Both the position numbers and the translations under genes were made by a program. 64,000 bases of DNA from Bdellovibrionales bacterium (lineage in GTDB: Bacteria; Bdellovibrionota; Bdellovibrionia; Bdellovibrionales; UBA1609): the NCBI GenBank assembly GCA_965200875.1, contig OZ241456.1:832001-896000 (forward strand). The letters are read 5' to 3'. This document shows, piece by piece, positions 29,605-39,479 of the stretch; positions within the stretch are counted from its first letter, which is position 1, and each line of letters starts with the position of its first letter. The notes under the pieces are model-generated. The model searched no databases and was not told the DNA's origin. It worked only from the letters and a program-made list of their open reading frames with translations.

Positions 29605-30207
29605 TCTCAGGAAGCCATTTTTGGACCGTTTTTTAATAAAATTCCTGTTTCCTTTCGTAAAAGTATGTTAGATTACAAGTTAAAGTTGCTGGACACCCAT
29701 GATCCACAAGTTCAAAAAGCTTTAAAGGATCCAAACATTCAAAGCCGTGGAGCATTAGCATTGTTAAGCAAGATATGGTTTTTAAAGAAGAGTGTGCCGG
29801 AGTTGTTGGAGTTTGTGTCTGCGTTTTCAGTTTTTTCGGGAAAGCGAGAGAATTTGATATTAAGTGCAGTGGATTATTTGAAGTCAGCGGGTGGAGTGAG
29901 TGTTGAATTATGGAAAAGAGTTGAGCATTTGGCAATAGAAAGAAGTTTATTAAAAAGAGGAGGTTATATGGACATAAGAGAAGAGATTAAATTAGTAGGC
30001 ATACAAGAAGGCATGCAGAAAGGTCTAAGAGAAGGCATACAAAAAGGCCGACAGGAAGGCCGTCAAGAAGGCCGACAGGAAGGTCGTCAGGAAGGCCGAC
30101 AGGAAGTGGTACTTAATATGCTAAAAAGCAAATTAAAGCTTTCTTTTATTGCTGAGATGACCGGTCTTTCTGAAGAGGAGATCAAAAAACTGAAAAACAG
30201 CTCTTGA
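29605..30207 (+). pseudogene. 5'-truncated Rpn-family (PD-(D/E)XK recombination-promoting nuclease) gene with an intact internal small ORF at 29968..30207
   Basis: EGRQEGRQEG repeats and an IAEMTGLSEEEIKKL tail. No nuclease N-terminus (in-frame stop at 29578). Internal AGGAGG-N4-ATG at 29968. Confidence 0.75.
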
Positions 30208-30307
30208 TTCCAAGTAGTTCTCCATGAAAAAGTATGTTTAGTGGTGGAGTGCTGTTTACCAATACCTCAGCACTTTGGGCATGCGTTTTGCCCCGTGTGC
30301 ATCTAAA

Positions 30308-30432
30308 TAGTGGCCCGTGAAAAAGTATGTGGTTTTCTGGATTCCCGTTTTCACGGGAATGACTTCCCTTGGGAAGTTACATGAAAGAGGGGTGTGATAA
30401 TTGAAACACTAAGGGTTTTTTACGGGTGAGTA
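30308..30432. mobile_element. MITE-like element, tandem copy A
   Basis: TAGTGGCCCGTGAAAAAGTATGT...ATTCCCGTTTTCACGGGAAT...TTTTTACGGGTGAGTA. A further partial left end lies at 30215. Confidence 0.8.
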
Positions 30433-30434
30433 AG

Positions 30435-30559
30435 TAGTTCTCCGTGAAAAAGTATGTGGTTTTCTGGATTCCCGTTTTCACGGGAATGACTTCCCTTGGG
30501 AAGTTACATGAAAAAAGAGTGTGATAATTGAAACACTAAGGGTTTTTCACGAGTGAGTA
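30435..30559. mobile_element. MITE-like element, tandem copy B
   Basis: Near-identical to 30308-30432. Confidence 0.8.
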
Positions 30560-30640
30560 GATAATAAAGTATTATTATCACTGATTTTTTTAAAAAGGTT
30601 TTTTCATGGGTCATTAGCTGGCTTTATTGGTAGTGGTGGG

Positions 30641-30833
30641 GAGGTTTTTAAAGTCAATGGTGGGGAGTTTTTGGACGAGCTGTTTTGTTTTTATGCGACT
30701 TTTTCTGTAGAGGTTTCGTCTGTTTCGGTGGGGGGTTCGTCTGTGTCTATAGGGGTTTTTGCTGTGTCGGTGGGGTTGGTGAGGTTTTTAAAGTCAATGG
30801 TGGGGAGTTTTTGGACGAGCTGTTTTGTTTTTA
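30641..30833. repeat. 53-bp perfect direct repeat (30641-30693 and 30781-30833)
   Basis: GAGGTTTTTAAAGTCAATGGTGGGGAGTTTTTGGACGAGCTGTTTTGTTTTTA occurs twice at the 3' end of the Type ISP gene. Confidence 0.92.
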
Positions 30834-33800
30834 AAGAAACTGTTATTATACTGAGGAGTAATTTTAAGATGTATGCCGGGTCTTCTGAGTAAGTGTTGGG
30901 ATCGTTTATCAAGTCTGTTTTTTTGTCTTTTTTGTATTGGTATCTTCCCACAATCCATTTTATAGCTGGCCAGCCGTTGATTTTATATTCCCAAGCTTCA
31001 GGTGGTATGTTGGAAATGGTGATATGATCATTAAATTGGATTTTGGATTTGTCTTTTTTATTAATTTTCATTTTGCGGACTTTCAAATGTTCTGGTGTTA
31101 AATCCTTTTGAAGTGAGTATTCTTTGTTTTGAAATATATTTATTTCTTGGCCGTCTTTTAAGACTTTCACATTTTTAGGAAAAGGTTGGTTTTCATAATT
31201 TAAATGAAGATCAGCTAGTTTTCGTCCTGTATATGAAAACTTCCAAAATTCCGGGACAAGGGGAATACGGGGAAGGTCTTTATCTAAGTTGGATTGGAAT
31301 TTTTTACGATAGTCCTCTGAATGAAGCAGGGCGTAGATATAATAAAAGATATCTTCTTTTGTGATGGAGTCCGGGGTTCTTCTTTTTTCACTGGGAATCT
31401 TATATGGTTCTTTATTTTTTGCTTGTTCAAGGGTTTGAATTTTTGTTTGGTGTTGGTTGAGCTGATCAGGTTCTCTGGTGTAAGTTTTTTCAAGGGTTTG
31501 CTTTTCTATCTGAGGTTGGTTTTGAGCAGTAACATTTTTATTTTGTGTTTGTTCAAGAGCTTGGTTTGCTATCTGGTCAAGAGTGTGAATTTCTGTTTGA
31601 GGTTGGTTCTGAATAGCAATATTTTTATTTTGTATTTGTTCAAGGGTTTGATTTTCTGTTTGGAGTTGGTTCTGAATAGCAACACTTTGTCCTATAACAT
31701 TAGGTGTTGAACGGGCTTGAAATGCAGAAACAGCGTTGATTTGGCTAAGGTGTTTGTAATGGTTTTTAAAGCGGTTAAGTGCGTTGTCGGTAATGCTGTA
31801 GGAGGGGTTGCTTTCTTTTTTCAAAAGGCTTTTTTGAGAGCTTTCAGAATTATCATCAAAGCGGAAAAGCGGGAAGCATTGTGTCTTACTCAAAAAGTCT
31901 CCACAAGGTACAACATCTGTCATTAAGACTGAAAAAGTCTTTTCTCCAACTCCACTTACGCAAATCACTTTGTTTTGTGTTGTCTGTTTTGGAAAAATTT
32001 TTAGTTGTAGATAATGACGTTCATTTAAAATATTATCAAAATACAAATAGTTTTTTGTAAAAGGTCTGTAATTTGATTTTCTAATTTTTATATCTTGAAA
32101 TTGACTTGTCCTCCTTGCTATGAAATGTCTTTTTAAGGTGTCACTCCAAGAAATTTTCTTCTCATCCCGATTGATAAAATTATCAATGTTTTTTTTATTG
32201 AGTGCCTTATCTTTTAATCGATCCATTTCTTGATTATAAAATTGTATCATATTTTTCATATTATCCTTCACTTGGTTTTTATCAAAATTATACACCCAAG
32301 CATCTCTGCTGGTGGCCACTCCACAGCTATATAAATCAAAAATAGCATTTTGATTGCTGGATTTTTTATCCCCCATAGGCATAAGCTGATAAAAAGAGTC
32401 GTCTCGTTGATTAAGCCAATCTCCGTATTTGTCTGGGGTGATAGTTTGCCAATTTTCGCCAACACCTTTAATACAGCCAAAGTTTTTGATCGTTTCAAGT
32501 TTTTCTTCACGGCTTAAGTAGTCTCCAATATCAAGATATTTGATTGTTGTTTTTTCTCTTTTTTTGTCAGGATTTTTCACAAGGAAAGTGATGACGATGG
32601 GTGTTCGGGAACTGCCTCCAAACACTTTGCCTCCTTCTTTTCTTGATAATTCTCCTTTTGTTCTTTGGTTTCCTCTTAAGTTAATGCAATAAATGGAATC
32701 AAACTCTTTCACAAGGGATTTCCTAAGTCCGGCAATGCTTCTCCCACTTACAAGGGAGGCATTGTGGACAAAGCCAATAATCCCGCCTTTGTTTTTAATC
32801 TCATCTGTGGCCCAGCGAATGGCCTTGATATAAGAATCATAAAGAGCATTTTTATTTGAAGATGTTGATTCTTTGACATAAGTCTCTTCAATCCTTTTAT
32901 GAAGTTTTGGATAAATAGTGTTTTTGTTGGCGTCATTTTCTGATTTTTGGCCGGCGGAGTAAGGGGGATTTCCTATAATGACTTGCAGGTCGACGGCTTG
33001 TTGCTCTTTTATTCTCTTGTTGTTTTCTTGGAAGTACGAAGAAAAAGAAAGTTGCTGTTCGTTTTTTTCTTTTCGGTTAAAAATATCCGACAATGTTATT
33101 TTTGGAAAAGGTGTGTATTGGCTGTTCTTCATTCTGCTGTGATATGCCTCTTCAATGTTAATGGATGCCACATAATAGGGCAAAAGCAGAATATCATTTG
33201 CGTGAAGTTCATTTTTAAACTTCCGAGGCAGATCTTTTTTCTCTATCATTGGGTTCATCTGAATCAGCCGATTTAAAAAAGTACCTGTTCCCACAAAAGG
33301 GTCTATGACATGTACTCCTTCATCGGTTAATTTTTTGCCTTTAAATTCGTCTTTTAAAATTTCATTTGCGGATTTTAGTATAAAGTCTACAATCTCAACA
33401 GGGGTGTAGGCCACACCCAGTTTTTCTGCTGTCTTGGGGAAGGCGGTCTTGATAAAGTTTTCGTAAAGTTCTTTAATGACTTTTTGTCTGGAGGCACTGT
33501 TGTCAATTCCGTCCAGCCGGCGACTTATCCCTTGATAAAATTGTTCAAGATCTTTTAATTCATTTCCAAAGCCGTATTCATCTAAACGAGACAAAACCTT
33601 TTTCATAGTTTTGGAAATAGGATTGTTTTCAGAAAACTGGTAATTCTCAAAAATTTTATCAAACGCGGGTCTTGTGATAAGATGCTCCGAAAGCATAGAG
33701 ATAGCTTGTTCTTCTGTTATGTCTTCGTTGATGCAACCTTTAAGCCCTTTGTGGTAGTCTTGAAATTCCTTATTGATTGCGGGTTTTGTTTTTAAGAGGC

Positions 33801-36072
33801 TTTTTATCCGGGTGGAGATGGTTTTACAGGCTTTTTCAATTTCTTTGGTCCATTTTTCTTCATAAATTCTATCACCACATTTTTCCACAATTTTGGCGTA
33901 AACTTTTTCTTCTATTTCCTCAATGCTCTGTTGCAGGTTCAGGCGGATTTGCGTATCGGTTTTTTCCTCAATTTCTTTTTCCTCTGCTTCACTTCCATAG
34001 CCCACCCCTATAACTTTTATTTTGGCGGGTTTGTTTTTGTTCAACTCCAGATTATTCACTATGGCATTAAAGCTTGAGTCATGGGATCTTAAGGCGTTTA
34101 GCACCTGCCAGACAACCTTATAAGTTTGATTGTCATCCAAAGCCTCTTCAGGGGATTTTCCAGAAGGTATCACCACCGGTAAAATCACATATCCGTATTT
34201 TTTGCCCTCTTGTTTTCTCATTATTCGACCCACAGCTTGCACGACATCCACTTGGGATTTTCTGGGATGCAGAAACATCACAGCGTCAAGGCTTGGAACA
34301 TCAATTCCCTCTGTAAGACACTTGGAGTTCATTAAAATTCGGCAAATTGTTTCATCATTTTCTGTAGGACCAATATCTTCCTTTAACCAATCCAATTTTT
34401 TGTTTCTTTTTATGGAGCTGTCTGTCCCATCTATATGTTCTGTTTCACAAGTGAAGTAGTCATTGTTATTATTCATCAATTCTTGGTGATCCAAAATATT
34501 AACAACTTTTTGAAAGCCCTCTTTTGCATTTTTGGAATTGTTAATGGTGTTTAAAAATCCTACAGCGCGCTTAAGTTTTACTCCGTTCTTTTTATTTCCT
34601 TGATCTCTCAAAGCTTTGTAGCAACCCACCAATCGGGAGGCGTCGTTCAGGCTAAGATCTGTCTCTTTCAAACCCTCCTGAATATTATCGCTCATGTATT
34701 GTTCATCAATGGAGAGAATAATCACCTTGTAATCAGCAAGGAGTTTTTTCTCAATAGCTTTGGAAAAATCCAGTCTGTAAATTTCTTTTCCAAAAACAGC
34801 TTCATCATCCATAGAGTGAATTTCCACATCATGTTTTCTGGCTTTGTTTTTTGTTCCTTCGCTGTAGATTCTGGGTGTGGCGGTCATATAAAGTCGTTTT
34901 TTGGCTTTCACATAATTTGGATCGTTTATTCTGGTAAAATAATTGCCTTTGGTGTTTCCGTTTTCCCCTTCTCCGGCTTCAACCCCAGTGGTTCTGTGAG
35001 CTTCATCACAAATCACGAGATCAAATTCAGGTGCGCCAAGCGTTTGAGCTAATTTGATTTTATTCAGGGATTGATAGGTGGAAAAAACGACAGTTCTTTG
35101 CTCGGATTTTAGTTTCAGTCTTTCGGCAATTCGTTCTGGATTTGTTGTTGGGGATATTTGCAGATCATTTACACGATAACCATCGGTATCTTTTCCGGCG
35201 TGGGTGTCAGAGCAAACAGCAAGATACCTTTGTGGTTTTTGTCTTTGCCAAGCGTATTCCCTCAGTGTTTGGGATATAAGGGAAATGGAGGGGGCAAGAA
35301 ACAAAACATTGGCGTTTTTTGGAGTGATTTTTTCCACAATACGAAGAGAAGTAAAGGTCTTGCCTGTTCCACAAGCCATTATGAGCTTCCCTTTGTTTTC
35401 TTTTTCAAAATGTTTAGCTGATTTTCGAAGAGCCTTTACCTGATGCTCTCTTAAATGCTTTTTTTTGGTTTTCCGTTTGACTTTTTGAAAGCTCCATTCA
35501 AAGTCTGCTTGTTCCAGATCATGCAGATCCAAAACTTTGCATTCTTTTGTCTGGTTTTTTAAGGCCTCCTCAGCATTAGCTCCCCATTTGGTTGTTGTGG
35601 TGACAATAAGACGGACCTTAAAAGGATTTTTACCAGATTCCGTGAAAAAGCTGTCTATATCTGCTTTATTTACCTGATAGCTTTCATCAAAGCATTTGCA
35701 TTGAATAGCCCAGAAGATTCCGGTTTCCTTTTCACGGGCTATGAGATCAATACCAAGGTCTTTTTTTAAAAATTCATATTTTTTTAAGTCCGGCCAGTCG
35801 GCCCTTAGCCACACATTTTCAAAGGAATACTCCGGGGATTGTTTCAAAAAATCCTTTATGGCTATTTCAAAATACTCGCCTTTTTCTCTTGTAGTTTTAG
35901 CTCTTTGCCTTATTTCGTTAAGAAAAGACTTAAAGTTTGATTTTGAAGTTTTTTGGGAGGTTTTGGTGGAAGTGCTGGTGGAGGTTTCGGGAGGGGTGTT
36001 AATTGAAGTTTCAGAAGAAGTATCGGGAGATAAATGATAATCTTGTAGCTTCCGTGCTGATGAATCTTGCAT
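30691..36072 (-). CDS. Type ISP restriction-modification enzyme (LlaGI/LlaBIII-like)
   Basis: Mrr-like nuclease (DLGIDL...AIQCK), SF2 helicase (ACGTGKT, DEAH, TATP, QAVGR), N6-MTase (DPFVGTG, GNPPY) and a TRD (LPRIP, LADLHLNYE). Confidence 0.95.
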   Translation of the reverse strand: MQDSSARKLQDYHLSPDTSSETSINTPPETSTSTSTKTSQKTSKSNFKSFLNEIRQRAKTTREKGEYFEIAIKDFLKQSPEYSFENVWLRADWPDLKKYEFLKKDLGIDLIAREKETGIFWAIQCKCFDESYQVNKADIDSFFTESGKNPFKVRLIVTTTTKWGANAEEALKNQTKECKVLDLHDLEQADFEWSFQKVKRKTKKKHLREHQVKALRKSAKHFEKENKGKLIMACGTGKTFTSLRIVEKITPKNANVLFLAPSISLISQTLREYAWQRQKPQRYLAVCSDTHAGKDTDGYRVNDLQISPTTNPERIAERLKLKSEQRTVVFSTYQSLNKIKLAQTLGAPEFDLVICDEAHRTTGVEAGEGENGNTKGNYFTRINDPNYVKAKKRLYMTATPRIYSEGTKNKARKHDVEIHSMDDEAVFGKEIYRLDFSKAIEKKLLADYKVIILSIDEQYMSDNIQEGLKETDLSLNDASRLVGCYKALRDQGNKKNGVKLKRAVGFLNTINNSKNAKEGFQKVVNILDHQELMNNNNDYFTCETEHIDGTDSSIKRNKKLDWLKEDIGPTENDETICRILMNSKCLTEGIDVPSLDAVMFLHPRKSQVDVVQAVGRIMRKQEGKKYGYVILPVVIPSGKSPEEALDDNQTYKVVWQVLNALRSHDSSFNAIVNNLELNKNKPAKIKVIGVGYGSEAEEKEIEEKTDTQIRLNLQQSIEEIEEKVYAKIVEKCGDRIYEEKWTKEIEKACKTISTRIKSLLKTKPAINKEFQDYHKGLKGCINEDITEEQAISMLSEHLITRPAFDKIFENYQFSENNPISKTMKKVLSRLDEYGFGNELKDLEQFYQGISRRLDGIDNSASRQKVIKELYENFIKTAFPKTAEKLGVAYTPVEIVDFILKSANEILKDEFKGKKLTDEGVHVIDPFVGTGTFLNRLIQMNPMIEKKDLPRKFKNELHANDILLLPYYVASINIEEAYHSRMKNSQYTPFPKITLSDIFNRKEKNEQQLSFSSYFQENNKRIKEQQAVDLQVIIGNPPYSAGQKSENDANKNTIYPKLHKRIEETYVKESTSSNKNALYDSYIKAIRWATDEIKNKGGIIGFVHNASLVSGRSIAGLRKSLVKEFDSIYCINLRGNQRTKGELSRKEGGKVFGGSSRTPIVITFLVKNPDKKREKTTIKYLDIGDYLSREEKLETIKNFGCIKGVGENWQTITPDKYGDWLNQRDDSFYQLMPMGDKKSSNQNAIFDLYSCGVATSRDAWVYNFDKNQVKDNMKNMIQFYNQEMDRLKDKALNKKNIDNFINRDEKKISWSDTLKRHFIARRTSQFQDIKIRKSNYRPFTKNYLYFDNILNERHYLQLKIFPKQTTQNKVICVSGVGEKTFSVLMTDVVPCGDFLSKTQCFPLFRFDDNSESSQKSLLKKESNPSYSITDNALNRFKNHYKHLSQINAVSAFQARSTPNVIGQSVAIQNQLQTENQTLEQIQNKNIAIQNQPQTEIHTLDQIANQALEQTQNKNVTAQNQPQIEKQTLEKTYTREPDQLNQHQTKIQTLEQAKNKEPYKIPSEKRRTPDSITKEDIFYYIYALLHSEDYRKKFQSNLDKDLPRIPLVPEFWKFSYTGRKLADLHLNYENQPFPKNVKVLKDGQEINIFQNKEYSLQKDLTPEHLKVRKMKINKKDKSKIQFNDHITISNIPPEAWEYKINGWPAIKWIVGRYQYKKDKKTDLINDPNTYSEDPAYILKLLLSIITVSLKTKQLVQKLPTIDFKNLTNPTDTAKTPIDTDEPPTETDETSTEKVA

Positions 36073-36177
36073 GTATTCAGTCCTTGAATAGTTTATTTTT
36101 ATTATTCGGACGATTATAAATACTGCTTAAATTATTTTTTTCGCATTCACGGCGGGCTAAATAGCTTGTTGAAAGCT

Positions 36178-36205
36178 TAAACTTTTTTTCCAAAAAGACC
36201 GATTA
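36178..36205 (+). promoter_or_regulatory. Sigma28/FliA-like promoter upstream of the pilin-like gene
   Basis: TAAACTTT-N12-ACCGATTA, the same architecture as 15934-15961. Confidence 0.45.
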
Positions 36206-36241
36206 ATCTGTAAAGGACCATAAAACTTATAGGAATCAAAT

Positions 36242-37877
36242 GTGGAAAAACAAAGTTTCTTTTTCAAAAAACTCGGTGAAAAACCCTTTCTACCCCCCCC
36301 CTCTCATGCACTGCGTTATAGTCTACTCCAAATATTCTATGGCTTTGGAGTTCGTAAAAGCAATAAAGGTTTTGGTCTGGTGGGGACATTTGTAGCCGCC
36401 GGAGCGGGGCTTGTTTTAAGTTTGGGGGTTTTAAAAATTTCTCAAATCGCTATAAAGTCTGTGCAGGTTTCAAACACTTTGCAGGCAGAACAGGAATTGT
36501 ATGTCACCATCAGGCAGATGCTAAGCGATGCTAAGGACTGCCGGTGGAATTTGGATCCTTCTAGGCTTTCTAATAAAACCCATAAAAAAGGCCAGCTTAT
36601 TGATTCTGATAATAAGCTTAGGGGTTATATAAAGACTGGTGGTAACAATGTTGATTCAGATCCACGCACTTCAGAAGACGACACACCCTATCTGGCTCTT
36701 GGGGATTTTAAGAGTGGATTGATATCTGTAAAAAGCCTTGAGCTTTTAAGAACCGGTCCAGATAATCTAAAATGGACTTTTGCGGTATATTACAGCAAGC
36801 CTCAATCAGGTTCTTATAAGACCTTGGAATCTGCAGAATGTTCAGCCACAGACAACACAGGTTGTTATCACCAATCCTGTGATTTAAAAATACGCCATAT
36901 CCCAGCTCCTGCGGATAGTACAAAATCCATAATAGCAGACGATAGTTGTTCCTTGTTAAATTGTTACAATGTGGGAGGGGGGGTTGAATGTTTCCTGTAA
37001 CAGCCCTGGCACATACTTGTATGGATTTGATGATAGAGGGAATAAGGATTGTCGGCCAATATGGCCTTGCCCCAAGGGTAAGGTGTATGTTGGGAAAAAA
37101 GAAGACGGCACTTCAGATTGTAGAATTTTACCGAAGCTCCCGGAAGTGGGTAAGTTTGAGTGTTCGAATGCTGAGGAGGTATTACAGGGTTTTGATGCAA
37201 ACGGAGAGCCTATATGCCGGTCTGTATGTTCCGGTGGAAAGGTATATAAAAAGGCCACTTTCAGCTGTGAGTGTCCGGTAAATACACCTTACTATTATAA
37301 TAATGTGTGCAATCAGTGTCCAAGTGGTCACCATTACTATAGTGAGAGTTGTCATCGTTGCCCAAGTGGTCACTATTACTATAGTGAGAGTTGTCATCGT
37401 TGCCCAAGTAACCGAAGACATTACTATTCTGATCGATGTAACAGATGCCCTGAGGACCAACATTGGCATTCCGAGCAATGTATCACATGCCCCAACGGAT
37501 CACAATGGAATAACATTCAAGGAGAATGTGAGTGCGGAGAACTGAAAATCTGGAATTTTACTAATAATCAGTGTGAATGTGCACACGGTGGACTCTTCTT
37601 AGGTGGGAGTGATTGTGCATGTGAAGAGGGTAAAAAACACCTACTAACCGAAGAAAATGGTGTTCAGGGTTTTAAATGTGTTGATGAATGTCCTCCAAAT
37701 GTAGCTCCTGTTGGAAACCAGTGTGTGTGTTTTGATACTCTTAATTACGGACGGGCTTATTGGAGAATGATATCTGGTGTAAATGTTTTTGATTGTCACA
37801 GATGTGCACCAAACCAGCATCAAACCGGCGGAACGCCGAATTGGCCTGTTATTTCTTGTTCTGACCCTAGCGAATGA
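36242..37877 (+). CDS. Prepilin-like Cys-rich surface protein, frameshifted at a G7 tract (ORFs 36242..37000 and 36969..37877)
   Basis: KSNKG|FGLVGTFVAAG hydrophobic helix. G7 at 36977-36983 lies in the ORF overlap, and loss of one G fuses the frames. The second part has Cys-rich repeats. Confidence 0.7.
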
Positions 37878-37917
37878 CCGCAGGATTGTCCTTGCCTAGT
37901 ACACACACCCCAGCGAT

Positions 37918-39465
37918 TTATAAATTCAAGTAAAGGTTTTTGTTATTTTGAATTTTTTCTGTGAGGTTTTCCACTAAACTCTTTTCCGGGAATTGACTTA
38001 AAACATCTTTTATGTGGGACATCATTAAAAACTCAAGTGCGGTTTTTTGATCCAGCCCACGGCTTTGTAAATAAAACAGTTCATCTTTGTCCAGATGACC
38101 AGCTGTGGCCCCATGTCTGGCTTTTACATCTCCGCAGTGGATTTCCAGTTCCGGTTGTGTGTAAGAGTCCGCAGTGGAGCTAAGTAAAAGATTTTTAGCG
38201 GATTGAACAGAGTCTGTTTGTGCAGAGTCAGCAGACATATAAATTTTTCCGTGAAAGATATTTTTTGAGTGATCATTTAAAACCCCTCTGCAAAGCTGTC
38301 TGGAATATCCTTGTTTTTTTAAATGACGAATATAATATCTTTGGTTCTTTACAGCTTTTCCTTTTAAAAGTGCCAAACTCAATAAGGCACTTTGCACTTT
38401 TTCTCCTGTTTGATGAACCTGCACATCTTCTCTGGAAAGCAGGGAACCCAAGCTGAAATTCAGTCGGTCCATTCGTGCGGATTCCTCCATGTCGCAATGA
38501 GCCTGATTTAAATAAGAAGAGTGAGGGGTGCCTTGATCCACGCATAACCACTTTAAGTGTGACTTGGAGGAAACTTTTACATCAGTTGTGCAGTTGATTA
38601 ATGTTTTTGAAACAAAAGCTTGATGATTTTTCAGAGAAAATGAATTTTGTTTTGAGGATGAATTATTTTGAATGGAAAAGCTTTCGATTAAAGTGATTTT
38701 CGCGCCCTCTTCCAAAAATATGAAGTTTTTGAAATTCCAGATTTTAGGATGCAAAAACAGATTTGTTTTTTCTTGTGAGGATGAGTTTTGTTTTTCAGAA
38801 GATTGAAAATCATCTTTTTTACGAAGTTTAGTTTTATGAAGGAGACTATCTTTGTTGGAAAAAGCTGATTCATCGAAAGAAAAATGAATATGCAGAACAG
38901 GTTCAGTGTTTTTCGAGGATTGACTGTTATTTTTTCCCTTGTAGTGATGAAGTGCACGAGCATATAAGGCATAACCATTTGAAGGCAAAGCTCCAGCGAG
39001 ATGATGTAGGCCATCTCCGGTTCTTTTCAAACTGTAATTAATCCAAGACCAAGATGGAAAGTCAGGGTTAAAAGTGTCCCAGGTGAGAACATTTACTCCA
39101 GTGGGAAGTGTATTAAGAGAATTTTTCTGTAAAATGCCGTTATGGAAGTGGATTTTATGGGAGGTTGGAAAGGAAAATAAATTTTGTGGCTTTTCGTTTG
39201 CAAAAGCAACAGGCACTATATCAGAGTCGTATTCTGATGAAAAAATATTTTTCAAAACCCGGTTTATATTTGTAAATTTCCAAAAAGGATCTTTATTTGA
39301 GGGGAGACCTTTTTCCAAAAATCGAGCAAAATGCTTTACCTGAACCTGCTGTATCATTTTTTGATGAGAGTTGGCAGAAGATTCCTGCCAAAGTTTTTTT
39401 TGTTCTTCAAACTTGGCTTTTAAACTTTCTATCCATTTTTGATTATTTTCTTTCATGTTTTTCAT
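37918..39465 (-). CDS. sufD: SufD-family Fe-S cluster assembly protein
   Basis: GLPS.KD..WKFT, FHGKI, NLLLS, PELEI..DVKARHGATAG and LFYLQSRG motifs, with polar insertions. Confidence 0.9.
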   Translation of the reverse strand: MKNMKENNQKWIESLKAKFEEQKKLWQESSANSHQKMIQQVQVKHFARFLEKGLPSNKDPFWKFTNINRVLKNIFSSEYDSDIVPVAFANEKPQNLFSFPTSHKIHFHNGILQKNSLNTLPTGVNVLTWDTFNPDFPSWSWINYSLKRTGDGLHHLAGALPSNGYALYARALHHYKGKNNSQSSKNTEPVLHIHFSFDESAFSNKDSLLHKTKLRKKDDFQSSEKQNSSSQEKTNLFLHPKIWNFKNFIFLEEGAKITLIESFSIQNNSSSKQNSFSLKNHQAFVSKTLINCTTDVKVSSKSHLKWLCVDQGTPHSSYLNQAHCDMEESARMDRLNFSLGSLLSREDVQVHQTGEKVQSALLSLALLKGKAVKNQRYYIRHLKKQGYSRQLCRGVLNDHSKNIFHGKIYMSADSAQTDSVQSAKNLLLSSTADSYTQPELEIHCGDVKARHGATAGHLDKDELFYLQSRGLDQKTALEFLMMSHIKDVLSQFPEKSLVENLTEKIQNNKNLYLNL

Positions 39466-39479
39466 TGATACCAGCCGGG

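Noticed and set aside
30215..30616. Tandem repeats as a possible CRISPR array
   Set aside because: The units are ~125 bp with TIRs and no unique spacers, and there are no cas genes.
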